Made by a program: the position numbers and the translations under genes. This document shows positions 1 through 10,934 of a DNA stretch of 64,000 bases, in pieces. Every line of letters starts with the position of its first letter. Position 1 is the stretch's first letter. Location: NCBI GenBank assembly GCA_965250285.1, contig OZ252299.1, positions 192,001-256,000 of the forward strand. Direction: 5' to 3'. The notes beneath the pieces are model-generated. The model was not told the origin of the DNA and ran no database searches. It saw only the letters and a list, made by a program, of their open reading frames with translations. This DNA comes from Myxococcota bacterium (GTDB lineage Bacteria; Myxococcota_A; UBA9160; UBA4427).

Positions 1-1
1 T

Positions 2-541
2 GTGCCGCGCAACGTCGCACCGGGTGTCGACGACGTCGATGGGGTCTACCTGTACGACATGGACGATCTGCAGGAGGTCTCGGCCGCCAACGTCGAGCGT
101 CGGGAGCGCGAGTCGATGTATGGCGAGCGCATCGTGGCCGAAGAGGAAGAGCACTTCGACGGCTGGCTCGCAGCGCTGCGCGCAGTGCCGACGATCCGCC
201 ATCTGCGCGCGCGCGCCGAGGCGGTGCGGCGGGGTGAGATCGAACGGCTGACCGGCCGGCTGGGCCTCGACGACGTGCAGCGCGAGGGCGTCGAGGCGCT
301 CACGCGTGCGATCGTGAACAAGCTGCTTCATCCGCCGCTCAACCGGCTCGGCACGCTCGCCGACCGCGAGTCGGGGCTCGCCGTGCTGCAGGAGGCGCGT
401 GCGCTGTTCGCCCTCGATGACGCCGCCGCGCCCGGCGCCTCGGCCGATGCCGAGATCCTCGCCGAGATCGATGCGCTGCATCCCGGCACGGAGCTCGATG
501 TCGAGGACGACGCGGATGACCAGGGCGGGTCTTCGGCTTGA
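2..541 (+). CDS. hemA: Glutamyl-tRNA reductase, C-terminal part (truncated by window edge)
   Basis: PRNV..V...DGVYLYDMDDL motif followed by a dimerisation domain (AVPTIRHLR...LTRAIVNKLLHPP); directly upstream of hemC. Confidence 0.93.
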   Translation: MPRNVAPGVDDVDGVYLYDMDDLQEVSAANVERRERESMYGERIVAEEEEHFDGWLAALRAVPTIRHLRARAEAVRRGEIERLTGRLGLDDVQREGVEALTRAIVNKLLHPPLNRLGTLADRESGLAVLQEARALFALDDAAAPGASADAEILAEIDALHPGTELDVEDDADDQGGSSA

Positions 542-1488
542 GCAGCGTGCGCATCGCCACGCGAGGCAGCGACCTCGCGCTCACGCAGGCCCGCTACGTC
601 GCGGGTCGCGTCGAACGCGAGCTCGGGCGCGAGGCCGAGCTCGTGGTGCTCAAGACCACGGGAGACCGGATCCAGAACGTCTCGCTCGCGAAGATCGGCG
701 GCAAGGGCCTCTTCGTGAAGGAGATCGAAGAGGCGCTGCTCGACGGTCGTGCCGATGTCGCGGTGCACAGTGCGAAGGATCTGCCGGCGGTGCTCGCCGA
801 CGGGCTCGAGCTCGCTTCGTTTCCCGAGCGCGCCGATGCGCGCGACGCCTGGGTGGCCCGCGATGGCCGAACGGGGCTCGCCGATCTGCGTGCGGGGGCG
901 CGCGTCGGCACCGGCAGCACGCGCCGCACGGCGCAGCTGCTCGCGCTGCGACCCGACATCGAAGTCGTCCCGCTGCGTGGCAACGTGCCCACGCGGCTGG
1001 GCAAGATCGAGAGCGATGATCTCGACGGCGTGATCCTCGCCTGTGCTGGGCTCGACCGGCTCGGTCTCTCGGATCGCATCACCGAGCGCATCGCGCCGAC
1101 GCTGATGCTGCCGGCCGTGTGCCAGGGAATGCTCGCGCTCGAGACCCGAGCGGGCGATCCGCTGGGTGCGGCGCTGGCCGCGCTCGATGTGCCGGGGCAC
1201 GGCGCGATCGTCGCCGCCGAGCGCGGGTTCCTGGCGCGCCTCGAAGGCGACTGCACGGTGCCGGTTGCGGCGCACGCGACCCTCGAGCAGGCCGGTGCCT
1301 GGATCTCGCTCGAAGTGCTGCTGTGCAGCCCCGATGGCCAGCAGCGCGTGCACGCGCGCGAGGATGGACCCGTCGAGACGGCCCCCGAGCTCGGGCGCAG
1401 GCTCGCTGCCGACGTGCTCGGGCGCGGCGGGCGCGAGATTCTCGACGCCCTGCGTGAGGCCGGCGATGGGCCGGGCGACGTCCCGTGA
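538..1488 (+). CDS. hemC: Hydroxymethylbilane synthase (porphobilinogen deaminase)
   Basis: RIATRGSDLALTQA, GGKGLFVKEIEEALL, AVHSAKD, LRGNVPTRL, LEGDCTVPV (cofactor Cys). Confidence 0.97.
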   Translation: MSSVRIATRGSDLALTQARYVAGRVERELGREAELVVLKTTGDRIQNVSLAKIGGKGLFVKEIEEALLDGRADVAVHSAKDLPAVLADGLELASFPERADARDAWVARDGRTGLADLRAGARVGTGSTRRTAQLLALRPDIEVVPLRGNVPTRLGKIESDDLDGVILACAGLDRLGLSDRITERIAPTLMLPAVCQGMLALETRAGDPLGAALAALDVPGHGAIVAAERGFLARLEGDCTVPVAAHATLEQAGAWISLEVLLCSPDGQQRVHAREDGPVETAPELGRRLAADVLGRGGREILDALREAGDGPGDVP

Positions 1489-3053
1489 CACGCGACGTCG
1501 AGAAGCCGCCGGGGCGCCTCGTTCTGGTGGGGGCCGGACCGGGCGACCCCGATCTGATCACGGTGCGCGGCGCAGCGGCGCTCGCCCGGGCCGACGTCGT
1601 TCTCTACGACGAGCTTGCATCGTTCGAGCTTCTCTCACTCGCGCCGCCCGCGGCCGAGCGCATCAACGTCGGCAAGCGGGGACACGACGCTCCGACGAAG
1701 ACGCAAGCCGAGATCAATGCGCTCATCGTCGATCGCGTGGGCGCCGGCCACGTCGTCGTGAGACTGAAGGGAGGCGATCCCTTCGTATTCGGCCGCGGCG
1801 GCGAAGAGGCCTCGGCCGTGGTCGAAGCGGGGCTCGACTACGAAGTCGTCCCCGGCGTGACCTCCGCGGTGTCAGCGCTCGCGTACGCCGGCATCCCCAT
1901 CACCGATCGTCGACACTCGGCGTCTTTCGCCGTCGTGACCGGCCACAAGGATCCGACCCGCGTCTCGGAAGCGACGCGCTGGCGCGAGCTCGGCAGCGCG
2001 GTCGACACCCTCGTGATCCTGATGGGCATGCGCAATCTGCCCGACATCGTCGATCGGATCCTCGAGGGCGGGCGCGATCCGGCGACCCCGGCGGCGGTCG
2101 TCATGTCGGGCACGCTCGCGGGTCAGCGCGTCGTCGAGGCGCCGCTGGCCGAGCTGCCGAAGGTCGTGCGGGCCGAGGGGCTCGGCGCACCCGCCGCCGT
2201 CGTCGTGGGCGACGTGGTGACGTTGCGTGAGCGGCTGGCCTGGTGGGAGAAGGTGCCGCTCTTCGGCCGGCGCGTGCTGGTGACCCGGGCTCCGCATCAG
2301 GCCCTCGAGCTGGCACGAGAGATCCGCGCGTTCGGGGCGGAGCCCGTGCTGCACCCGATGATCGAGCTCGTCGAGCAGACCGATCCGGCGCACGTCGCCG
2401 AGATCGACGCGTGCCTCGCGCGCTGGTCGACCATCAACGCGCTGGTGCTTTCGAGCTCGAACGCGGTCGACTTTCTCTCGCGCGCGCTCGACCGACGCGG
2501 TACGTCGACGCGCGATTTCGAGGGGCAGGTGATGTGTGTCGGTCAGAAGACGGCCGAGGCCGCCGTGGGCGTGGGGCTTCCGGTGCATCGGGTGGCGTCG
2601 GGCCGCAACGACGCCGAGGGTCTGCTCGCCGAGTTCCTCCACCATCTCGATCCGGATGGCCTGCGTGTGCTGATTCCGCGTTCGGACATCGGCCGCACCG
2701 TGATCGCCGATGGGCTCCGGGCGGCTGGAGCCGACGTGCACTCGATCCCCTTCTACGTGAATCGGCGACCCGAGATCGATGCCGCCGAGCTGCGCCGCGC
2801 GCTCGCGGCCGGCGAGCTCGACGTCCTCACGTTCACGAGCCCATCGACCGTCGATCACTTCGTCGAGGTGCTCGACGAGGCGAGTCGCAAGGCCGCCGAG
2901 CGCGCGATCGTCGCCGCCGTGGGGCGAACGACGGCGGCCGCGCTCGAACGCCACGGCTTCATGCCCGACGTTGTGCCGGCGCGCCCCGACGTGCGATCGC
3001 TCGTGCAGGGGGTGGTCGAACGCGTCGCCGGCGAAGCCGTCGCCGTGCCCTGA
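1485..3053 (+). CDS. cobA: Fused uroporphyrinogen-III C-methyltransferase / uroporphyrinogen-III synthase (CobA-HemD)
   Basis: N-terminal LVGAGPGDPDLIT and RLKGGDPFVFGRGGEE; C-terminal HemD half (PLFGRRVLVTR, FTSPSTV); hem operon context. Confidence 0.95.
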   Translation: MTRDVEKPPGRLVLVGAGPGDPDLITVRGAAALARADVVLYDELASFELLSLAPPAAERINVGKRGHDAPTKTQAEINALIVDRVGAGHVVVRLKGGDPFVFGRGGEEASAVVEAGLDYEVVPGVTSAVSALAYAGIPITDRRHSASFAVVTGHKDPTRVSEATRWRELGSAVDTLVILMGMRNLPDIVDRILEGGRDPATPAAVVMSGTLAGQRVVEAPLAELPKVVRAEGLGAPAAVVVGDVVTLRERLAWWEKVPLFGRRVLVTRAPHQALELAREIRAFGAEPVLHPMIELVEQTDPAHVAEIDACLARWSTINALVLSSSNAVDFLSRALDRRGTSTRDFEGQVMCVGQKTAEAAVGVGLPVHRVASGRNDAEGLLAEFLHHLDPDGLRVLIPRSDIGRTVIADGLRAAGADVHSIPFYVNRRPEIDAAELRRALAAGELDVLTFTSPSTVDHFVEVLDEASRKAAERAIVAAVGRTTAAALERHGFMPDVVPARPDVRSLVQGVVERVAGEAVAVP

Positions 3054-3161
3054 GACTGCGGTCTTTTGTCAAAGCCCGGGGTGCGCGATGCTCCCCGCGC
3101 ATGCGCGGCGCGCAGCTCGGCCTTGGGGCGGGGCCGCTCGGCGGAGTGACCGGAGGTCGTC

Positions 3162-3347
3162 TTGGGGATCACCTACAAGGTTGTCGAGCTCTCGAGCGTG
3201 AGCGACGTCGAGATCGAGAACGTGCTCAATGAGGTCACGGCCGACGGCTGGACCTTCGACACGATGCAGTTCGCGATGCGCGACTCGTCGAAGCGACCTT
3301 CGATGGCCTTCATCACCTTCACGCGGGCCACCGAAGACGGAAGCTAG
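3162..3347 (+). CDS. Small DUF4177-like protein
   Basis: 61 aa with YKVVE...IENVLNE...DGW pattern; GGAGG upstream of a TTG start. Confidence 0.7.
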   Translation: MGITYKVVELSSVSDVEIENVLNEVTADGWTFDTMQFAMRDSSKRPSMAFITFTRATEDGS

Positions 3348-3395
3348 GCGCAGCGTTCTCGCCGACTGGGTTCGCGCCGGCGCCGGCGACCGAGC

Positions 3396-4409
3396 CTAGG
3401 CGCGGTGGCGCAGCGCGGGCGCGACGTCTTCGACGATGCGATCGAACGAGCGTCGTCGTGCGGCCTCGTCGACGCCCACGACCTGGGGTCGCACGATCAA
3501 CAGGTCGAGTCCGATCGCCTCGCGTTGCCCGGCCAGACGGTCGATCACCTCTGCGAGCTCACCGATCACCACCCGCTCCTCGGGCGGCGCTGCGGCTGCG
3601 CGCGCGAGCGCCGGCGGCAGCTTTCGGCCCGCCGGCATCCGGTTCTCCCGTGCATGGGCTGCGAGGGCCCGACCGGCCTCGTCGCGCGTCTCTGCGACGA
3701 AGACGGTGCGCATGACCGGCACCGGCAGCGTCGCGGCCTCGACCTCGCTCGGCAGCATCGAGCGGTGGTGCGCATGGTTCTCGGCGATCAGGTCGAAGGG
3801 CTCCATCGGCGATGCGAGGTAGGGCAGGCCGCGGCGGGCCGCCTGGGCGAGCCCCTTCTTGCCGAACGCGGCGACGCCGAGGGGCGGCGACGCGCCGACG
3901 GACGCATCGAGCCGGTTCGGCGCGAGGGGCCCGGCGTCGAACGGCCCACCGTGCAGCTCCGCCGCTTCGCCGCTGAACACCCGCAGCATCGCGTCGAGTG
4001 ATTCGTCGAAGCGATCGCGCTTGTCGGCCGGGTCGATGCCGAACGCCGAGAAGAGGGGCGGCGAGAACCCGCGCCCGAGCCCCAGGATCAGCCGCCCTCC
4101 CGAGAGCCGGTCGACGGCGACGACCTCGGCGGCGAGGCGCACCGGGTGATGGATCGGCAGCAGCACCGAGGTCGTTCCGATGCGCAGGCGCTTCGTGCGC
4201 GCCGCCACCGCGGCCAATGAGAGGAGAGGCGCGGCGTTGCCCGTCGGTGTGAAGTGCATCTCGGGCACCCACACCGAGTGCAGGTCGGCGTCTTCGGCGA
4301 GGTCGACCCACTCGAGGCCGCGCCGCCACTCGACGTCGTGGATGGGGCCCGCCATCGCGATCCCGATCTCGAAGCCCGAGATGCCCCAGTCTTCGACGGT
4401 GCTCGTCAC
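3396..4409 (-). CDS. LLM-class flavin-dependent oxidoreductase
   Basis: WVPEMHF, AARTKRLRIGT, HPVRLAAE, DRLSGGRLILGLGRG. Confidence 0.9.
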   Translation of the reverse strand: MTSTVEDWGISGFEIGIAMAGPIHDVEWRRGLEWVDLAEDADLHSVWVPEMHFTPTGNAAPLLSLAAVAARTKRLRIGTTSVLLPIHHPVRLAAEVVAVDRLSGGRLILGLGRGFSPPLFSAFGIDPADKRDRFDESLDAMLRVFSGEAAELHGGPFDAGPLAPNRLDASVGASPPLGVAAFGKKGLAQAARRGLPYLASPMEPFDLIAENHAHHRSMLPSEVEAATLPVPVMRTVFVAETRDEAGRALAAHARENRMPAGRKLPPALARAAAAPPEERVVIGELAEVIDRLAGQREAIGLDLLIVRPQVVGVDEAARRRSFDRIVEDVAPALRHRA

Positions 4410-5761
4410 GAGGCTGCGTCGCCCCGCACGCCCATCACGTAGGGCAGGACGGTCGGAATCATGTCGACGCGTGCCTGCAGGCTGTGCCCGAGCCCGGCGA
4501 GCAGCGCGACGACCCGACCCGCGAGCACGAGGTGTCCCGGCACCGTCACGATCGGGTTCTCGCGAATCATGCGCGGCAGCTCGCCCGCGGCTTCTTCCAT
4601 CGCGGCGCGATCGACGAACGCCTGGTGACGCAGGCGCGTGGCGGTGCGGAGCACGAGGGTCGTGATCTCTTCGAGCGCTTCGACGCCCCCGTGGCGCGTC
4701 TCGAAGCCCATCCCTTCGAGCGACTCGGCCATCGCACGCGCGTCGCCGCCGAGCAGCGCCGCGGCGAACGCGGCGGTCGCTTCGCGAAAGCGCTTCGGTA
4801 GGGTCTTCGTGAGGCCGAAATCGAGAAACACGAGACAGAAGCGGCGCGAGCCGTCGGGGCGATCCCCTTCGAGCGGTTCGACGACGAGATTGCCCGGATG
4901 CGGGTCGGCGTGGAACACGCCGTGCACGAAGACCTGCTCGCAGTACGCCTCGACGAGTGTCTTCATGACGGCGTCGACGTCGATGCCCGCCGCCCGCAAC
5001 GCGTCGGCATCGTCGATCTTGATGCCTTCGATACGCTCCATCACGAGCACGCGTCGCGACGAGAGGTCTCGCCGCAGGCTCGGCACGCGAACGTCTTCGC
5101 GACCCTCGAAGAAACCGCCGACACGCTCGGCCGCATCTGCTTCACGCGTGAAGTCGAGCTCGCGCGGGACGTTCTGCTGCAGCTCGCGAAAGACCGGCAT
5201 GACGTCGAGGTCGCGTTCGACGAAGCCCACCGCCCGAAACAGCACGTGCAGGTTCGCGAGGTCGTGACGCACCAGGCTCGCGATCTCGGGGTACTGAATC
5301 TTGACGGCGACACGCTCGCCGCCGTGCAGCTCCCCGACATGCACCTGCGCCAGCGAGGCCGCCGCGAGCGGCTCGGCGTCGAGCGAAGCGAACACGCGAT
5401 CGATCGGTGCGCCAATCGATCGCTCGACGTCGCGGCGCAGCTTCTCGAAGTCGTGAGCGGGCACCCGATCCTGCAGCCGGCCGAGCACGTCGATGTACTC
5501 GGGGGGCAGCACGTCGGGGCGCGCCGACATGAACTGGCAGGCCTTGAGGATCATGCCGCGCAGATCGACCGCGAGGTCATGGATGCGCCACGCGGTGTTG
5601 TCGTGAAACTCCGACCAGCGCCGGTCCATGTCGGGGGGCGCGAGGCGTCGCTCGATCCACTGGTTCGACTTGGCGCCGAGGTACACGCGCCCGAACGTGG
5701 TCGAGATGCGGCGGGCGCGCTGGGCGCGCTCGGCGATCGGCAAGGGATCGGTCGAAGGCAT
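4406..5761 (-). CDS. ABC1/UbiB (AarF) atypical kinase family protein
   Basis: LQDRVP, PLAAASLAQVH, VAVKIQYP, ELDF, FHADPHPGN, LDFG. Confidence 0.93.
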   Translation of the reverse strand: MPSTDPLPIAERAQRARRISTTFGRVYLGAKSNQWIERRLAPPDMDRRWSEFHDNTAWRIHDLAVDLRGMILKACQFMSARPDVLPPEYIDVLGRLQDRVPAHDFEKLRRDVERSIGAPIDRVFASLDAEPLAAASLAQVHVGELHGGERVAVKIQYPEIASLVRHDLANLHVLFRAVGFVERDLDVMPVFRELQQNVPRELDFTREADAAERVGGFFEGREDVRVPSLRRDLSSRRVLVMERIEGIKIDDADALRAAGIDVDAVMKTLVEAYCEQVFVHGVFHADPHPGNLVVEPLEGDRPDGSRRFCLVFLDFGLTKTLPKRFREATAAFAAALLGGDARAMAESLEGMGFETRHGGVEALEEITTLVLRTATRLRHQAFVDRAAMEEAAGELPRMIRENPIVTVPGHLVLAGRVVALLAGLGHSLQARVDMIPTVLPYVMGVRGDAAS

Positions 5762-5858
5762 GCGGAGGGTCGACCTCGTGTTGCGTGGCGTCGGCCGATT
5801 CTACGCCAACGCACGCGAGCGTGGGGGCCGTACGCGCTTCGAACCCCGGCACGGGCGA

Positions 5859-7331
5859 CTACCAGAGTTCGGGTCGAGAATCGGGACAGGCCCACGCTTC
5901 GCCGCCCGCGTCCGCTGCGTCGGCCTCGGCCATTGCGCGCCGCTCGCTGCGCTCGGCCTCGCACGCATCGGTACAGAAGGCATCGCAATCGGTTCTGCGT
6001 CCGTCGCAGGAGGTGTGACAGACGCCCATGCAGTCTTCGAAAGCCAGCTCGAGGTCGTGATCGTCGAACGCGTCGAAGTCGGCCTCGCCGGCTTCATCGG
6101 CGAGCTCGTCCTCCCAGGGTGGGTTGTAAGAGCACATCACCCACTCGGTCGCGACGAACTCGAGCACGTAGCTGCTGCCGAGGTTGCGGTAGTCGAACGC
6201 GTGCGGCTCGGTCAGGCCGACGCCGTGCCAGAAGCCGCTCCCCACACGTGGGGTCGGCACGCGGTCGATGAAGCCGAACTCGACCAGCTCGTCGAGTCGT
6301 TCGGGGTACAGCCCCTCGACGTCGTAGTAGTCTGCGAGGGCTTCGATGATCTCTCTCGCACGCACGTGCTTCGAGACGGTGAAGTCGCCTTCGGCCACGG
6401 CCCGGCCGGCGACCAGGGGCAGGGCGACCAGGGCCGCTGCGAGCCCGAGCGTGACCGCGCGCTCGGCCGCCCCGCGTCGCCCGCCGGTCGCCCCGAGCGC
6501 GACGAGCACGACCGATCCGCCCAGGCCGATCGCGAGCAGCCCGGCGCCCGTGTGCGGGAAGGCGATGGCGAACCACGCGACCGGGAACACGCATCCGACC
6601 GCGACACCGGCAGCCCGCGCCGGAGCGGCTTCGACGAACGCGAGGCTCGCGGCCGCGATCGTCATGCCTGCGAGCACGCCGACCCACGACCAGACGCCGA
6701 TCTCGAGCGCGAGCACCGGGATCGCGGGCCAGGGCGAGATGTTGAACGCGAGCGCGGGATCCCAACCCGAGGCGTTGCGGATCACGGCGCTCACGACGAA
6801 GAGCACGGCGCCGTAGAGCACGCCCGCGGCGAGCGGGTGAAGGCGGCCGAGCGCGCGGACGAGGTCGGGTGCGGTGACCGCGCAGCCGAGCAGCGCGCCG
6901 CTCGTCAGCATGACGACCGATCCGCGCCAGTCGAAGAAGCCCCACACCGATCGCGCCGATCCGAACAGGCCGTAGAAGGCGAGGATCGCCGAGCATGCGA
7001 AGGCGGTGGCGGCGGCGGTGCGCGCGAGGGCGGGTGCCGGCCGCACGGAGAGTAGGGCGAACGCGAGCCCGGGCGGTGTCGCGAGCAGCACGATGCCCGC
7101 GACCGGCGCCTGCGCGAGCCGCTCGATGAAGGCGAAGTCGAACAGGAAGCCGGTCGGTTCGAACCAGGCCGAGGCGAGACCGTTCGGGGGTGGACCGAGG
7201 CCTTGATGCAGCAGACCGGCCCAGGCCAGGCCGGCCGCGGCGAGCGCGCTCGCGCTGGCGGTCGACCAACGAGAGCGGTGCGCCTCCCCCTCGACGCCGT
7301 CGACGTCGGCCCGGTCGCCGTGCTCGCGCAA
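5859..7331 (-). CDS. Multi-pass membrane protein with a pseudopilin(GspG)-like segment and Cys-rich C-terminus
   Basis: Many hydrophobic helices, then [24 protein letters not shown], an acidic linker and [10 protein letters not shown]...C...C. Start is uncertain: in-frame TTG at 7331 chosen; the ORF track starts at 7382, overlapping the upstream gene. Confidence 0.7.
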   Translation of the reverse strand: MREHGDRADVDGVEGEAHRSRWSTASASALAAAGLAWAGLLHQGLGPPPNGLASAWFEPTGFLFDFAFIERLAQAPVAGIVLLATPPGLAFALLSVRPAPALARTAAATAFACSAILAFYGLFGSARSVWGFFDWRGSVVMLTSGALLGCAVTAPDLVRALGRLHPLAAGVLYGAVLFVVSAVIRNASGWDPALAFNISPWPAIPVLALEIGVWSWVGVLAGMTIAAASLAFVEAAPARAAGVAVGCVFPVAWFAIAFPHTGAGLLAIGLGGSVVLVALGATGGRRGAAERAVTLGLAAALVALPLVAGRAVAEGDFTVSKHVRAREIIEALADYYDVEGLYPERLDELVEFGFIDRVPTPRVGSGFWHGVGLTEPHAFDYRNLGSSYVLEFVATEWVMCSYNPPWEDELADEAGEADFDAFDDHDLELAFEDCMGVCHTSCDGRRTDCDAFCTDACEAERSERRAMAEADAADAGGEAWACPDSRPELW

Positions 7332-7338
7332 CTGCGTG

Positions 7339-7761
7339 CTACTCGAGCTTGAAACGGGTGCGCACGCTCGGCCCGTCGCCATCCTCTTCGTCGTCGGCCT
7401 CGCGTGGCTTCACGCGCACCTTCGCTTCGATCTCGATGGTGTGGCCGGCGAGAAAAGAAGAGAGCAGCTCGGCCGGGTCGGTCTCGGCGAGCTGACGCCC
7501 CATCTCATTCGCGATGCGCTCGATCACCTCCGTGCGGGTGCGGTCGCTCTGCTCGGTGGCGAAGTCGACCCACTCCCTCGGGACGGTGTCGCCGAACGCC
7601 CGGCGAATCGCGCTCTCGGTCATGAAGAAGCCCGAGAGGCCGAGCGTCGCCATTCGGCGGATCATGTCCGGCACGGCGCCCGACGCGGTCTCGTCGTCGG
7701 GCTCGGCATCGTCTCGAGCTTCGGCGTCGGCGCCGAAGGGGCTGGCGGGCTTGCGACTCAT
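7339..7761 (-). CDS. Hypothetical protein, phasin/PhaI-like helical pattern
   Basis: 140 aa with normal codon usage; [14 protein letters not shown] resembles the GLG..F motif of phasin-like proteins. Confidence 0.6.
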   Translation of the reverse strand: MSRKPASPFGADAEARDDAEPDDETASGAVPDMIRRMATLGLSGFFMTESAIRRAFGDTVPREWVDFATEQSDRTRTEVIERIANEMGRQLAETDPAELLSSFLAGHTIEIEAKVRVKPREADDEEDGDGPSVRTRFKLE

Positions 7762-8200
7762 CGGAGGTCCTGTCTTTCCACCTTCCTCGCCCTTCCCACG
7801 CCTCTCCCGCTCTCACTGCCGGTTTTCACGTCGGATTCAGGTCCCACTCTCTCGCCGGGCGGGGCGGCTGTGGTGGCCCCGATTCGGCGATGGGACGCGC
7901 GGGAGAGCGCGGCGAGCGAAGATATCACGCCGGGGCGCCGTGGATCGCGGGGCGGCGCCGAGCCCGGGGCCTGCGCCCCCTGCCAGCGAACGACGCCCGC
8001 CGGGTGTCGCCGTCGCTCGCCATCCACGGATCGGGGGTCGGTTTGCGATTCCCTCCGGGGTCGAGTAATTTTCCCCTGTCGCCCTTTGGGTCGGATCCGA
8101 CCGCGGGGGGCATCACCGACACGGTCCACCGGCGGGGCGCCACGCGCTCAGCCGGCGCGGCGCGGGCCCAGCCGGGCCCATTGGAACGGGTGGAACGGTC

Positions 8201-9022
8201 ATGGTCGAATCGATCCTGGTAGCAACCGATGGCTCCGACGACGGCGGCGCGGCCGAGCGCACCGGCATCGCGCTCGCCGCACGTCTGAAGGCACGTCTCT
8301 CGGGCGTGACCGTGATCGAGGACGATCGGATCAAACCGCCGACGGCCGCGGGACTCGAGCTGCCCGCTTTCCCCGAGGCCGAGCTCTCGGCGTTCTACCG
8401 CGCTCGAGCGGACGCCGTCTCTCGGCGCTTCGCCGAACGGGCCCGGGCCGAAGGCGTCGAGGCGAGCTGCGAAGTCGTGTCGGGGACCGCCGACGATCAG
8501 ATCGTCGAACGCGCCGGCGGAGCCGATCTGCTCGTGATCGGCCGCGACGGCGGGGCCGGCGGCGCACCCAACGCCTTGATCGGCTCGACGACCGACGGCG
8601 TGATCCGCAAGACCACCCGCTCCACGGTCATCGTGCCCTCGGGTGCTCCGCTTTCCGGCCCGCTCGTGCTCGGCTTCGACGGCTCACCGGGCTCGCGCAT
8701 CGCCGCGAAGATGGCGGTGGCGCTCGCCAACGGCTTGAACGAAGGCGTGCACGTCTTCGTCGACAGCAAGGACAAGGGGCGCGCCGTGGCTCGCTTCGAA
8801 GAGGTGCGCCAGCTCGTGGGCGGTCTCCAGGTGCCCGTTCGCGAGACCTCGTCGACCCTCGGGCGACCCGACGTGAAGATCGTCGACTCCGCCCGCGAAG
8901 CGCGCGCGAGCCTGATCGTGATGGGCGCCTACGGTCGAAATCGCATCACCGACTACTTCCTCGGCAGCAACGCAGCGGCGGTGGCCCGCACCTCGCCGGT
9001 CGCGGTTCTGCTCGCCCGGTAG
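8201..9022 (+). CDS. Universal stress protein (tandem USP domains)
   Basis: ILVATDGS...ADLLVIG...IGST and LVLGFDGS...LIVMGAYG...FLGSNA. Confidence 0.93.
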   Translation: MVESILVATDGSDDGGAAERTGIALAARLKARLSGVTVIEDDRIKPPTAAGLELPAFPEAELSAFYRARADAVSRRFAERARAEGVEASCEVVSGTADDQIVERAGGADLLVIGRDGGAGGAPNALIGSTTDGVIRKTTRSTVIVPSGAPLSGPLVLGFDGSPGSRIAAKMAVALANGLNEGVHVFVDSKDKGRAVARFEEVRQLVGGLQVPVRETSSTLGRPDVKIVDSAREARASLIVMGAYGRNRITDYFLGSNAAAVARTSPVAVLLAR

Positions 9023-9030
9023 CTCGTTCG

Positions 9031-10104
9031 GTGCCTCGGGCCACCCGGCCCGCACCCCTCGACGCCCTCGCTGCCGAGCTCGGTCGTGAGGTGGGCCGCA
9101 GCGTCGACGTCGACGGCGATGCGCGCGTGCGAATCGAAGGCGTTGCGAGCCTCGAGCGCGCCGGCGCCGGCGACCTCGCCCACTGCCGCACCGCGCGACA
9201 CCTCGAAGCCGCACGCAGCTCGGGTGCCGCGGCGTTCGTCGCGCCGCCCGGTCTCGACATCGACGAGCGGCCGACGCTGCGCAGCGCGCGCCCCGATCTC
9301 GACTTTGCGCGGCTCGTGCGTTGGCTGACGCAGGCAGCGGACACCGTGGCCTTCCCCGACTCGAATCGCCCCGTCGCAGCAGACGCGCGCATCGATCCGA
9401 CCGCCCGGCTCGGGCCCGGCTGCGCCGTCGGCGCGCGCTCGAAGGTGGGGCCGCGCAGCGTGCTGCACGCGGGTGTCGTGCTGTACGCCGACGTCGAGGT
9501 CGGGGCGGACTGCGAGATCCACTCCGGCGTCGTCGTGCGCGAGGGCACTCGCATCGGGGACCGCGTCGTGCTTCATCCCGGCGCCGTGCTCGGCGCAGAC
9601 GGCTTCGGGTACACGGGTGACGAAGCCGGGCAGCTCTTCAAGATTCCGCAGGTCGGCATCGTGGTCGTCGAAGACGACGTCGAGATCGGGGCGTCGAGCA
9701 CGGTCGACCGGGCGACGCTCGACGAGACGCGGATCCGCCGCGGAGCGCGGATCGACAACCTCGTTCAGATCGCACACAACTGCGACATCGGCGAGGGCGC
9801 CATCCTCGCCGGTCAGGTCGGCCTGTCGGGCAGCGTGCGCGTGGGCGCGGGCGCTGCGCTGATGGGGCAGGTCGGTGTCGCGGACCACGTCGAGATCGGC
9901 GCCGGCGCATTCGTCGCGGCGAGATCGGGCGTCGCGCGCGACGTGGCGCCGGGGGCACGGGTGTTCGGTGCGCCGGCTGCCGAGGAGCGCGCGTGGCACC
10001 GGATGGTGGCCGCGCTGCCGCGGCTGCCCGAGGCGCTGCGCCGCCTGCGACGCATCGAACGGCTGCTCGCCGATCGCGACTCGCACGACGGACCGGTCCG
10101 CTAG
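9031..10104 (+). CDS. lpxD: UDP-3-O-acylglucosamine N-acyltransferase
   Basis: Hexapeptide repeats, [40 protein letters not shown] start inferred inside the long ORF 7336..10104. Confidence 0.93.
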   Translation: MPRATRPAPLDALAAELGREVGRSVDVDGDARVRIEGVASLERAGAGDLAHCRTARHLEAARSSGAAAFVAPPGLDIDERPTLRSARPDLDFARLVRWLTQAADTVAFPDSNRPVAADARIDPTARLGPGCAVGARSKVGPRSVLHAGVVLYADVEVGADCEIHSGVVVREGTRIGDRVVLHPGAVLGADGFGYTGDEAGQLFKIPQVGIVVVEDDVEIGASSTVDRATLDETRIRRGARIDNLVQIAHNCDIGEGAILAGQVGLSGSVRVGAGAALMGQVGVADHVEIGAGAFVAARSGVARDVAPGARVFGAPAAEERAWHRMVAALPRLPEALRRLRRIERLLADRDSHDGPVR

Positions 10105-10115
10105 CTTGCACGGCG

Positions 10116-10922
10116 ATGGATTCGTCCGATCACTCGATTTCGGCGCTGCGCGAGATGCTCGAATCCGCCCCCGATGACGCCGCGGCCGAGCGCTTGTGCG
10201 ATCAGCTCGACGGCGATCGTCGCTCGGGGGCGCGCGCGCTCGCCGTGCGTTGGCGCAAACGACGCGAAGCGCGCCGCGTCGAGCACGCCCGCCTCGAGGG
10301 GCTCTTCGCGCTCCGCCGCTCGCTTCGCGAAGCCGGGGCGACGCATGTCGCGGGCGTCGACGAGGTCGGCGTCGGGCCCCTTGCGGGGCCGGTCGTGGCG
10401 GCCGCGGTCGTGCTGCCCGAACCCGTCGATCTACCGGGTCTCGACGACTCGAAGAAGCTCTCGGCCCCGCGGCGCGAGGCGCTGGCCGAACGCATTCGCA
10501 GCCAGGCGATCGCGATCGGTATCGGCGAGGTCGAGCCGAACGAGATCGACCGGCTGAACATCCACCGCGCCTCGCTCGAGGCGATGCGAAGAGCCGTCGA
10601 GGCCGTCGACGCGAAGTGTCCGGTCGACCACCTGCTCGTCGACGCGCGCATCGTACCGGGCGTTCGACTCGGCGCCGACCAGCAGACCTCGCTCGTGCGC
10701 GGCGACGCCCGCGACGGTTCGATCGCTGCAGCCTCGATCGTCGCCAAGGTGCACCGCGACGCCATCATGCAGCGACTCGAGCGCACCCATCCGGGCTACG
10801 GCTTCGGGCGCCACATGGGCTACGGCACGGCCGAGCATCTCGACGCCTTGCAGCGCCTCGGCGCGACCGCGCAGCATCGTCGTTCGTTCGCACCCGTCGC
10901 CGCCGTCGTGACGGGTCGCTGA
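10116..10922 (+). CDS. rnhB: Ribonuclease HII
   Basis: AGVDEVGVGPLAGPVVAAAV, LDDSKKL, SIAAASIVAKV.RD, HRRSF. Confidence 0.96.
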   Translation: MDSSDHSISALREMLESAPDDAAAERLCDQLDGDRRSGARALAVRWRKRREARRVEHARLEGLFALRRSLREAGATHVAGVDEVGVGPLAGPVVAAAVVLPEPVDLPGLDDSKKLSAPRREALAERIRSQAIAIGIGEVEPNEIDRLNIHRASLEAMRRAVEAVDAKCPVDHLLVDARIVPGVRLGADQQTSLVRGDARDGSIAAASIVAKVHRDAIMQRLERTHPGYGFGRHMGYGTAEHLDALQRLGATAQHRRSFAPVAAVVTGR

Positions 10923-10934
10923 GGCGGGCCCGTC

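Noticed and set aside
7336..9030. Apparent 565-aa N-terminal extension of LpxD
   Set aside because: Off-frame read through the USP gene and intergenic DNA; LpxD similarity begins only near 9031.
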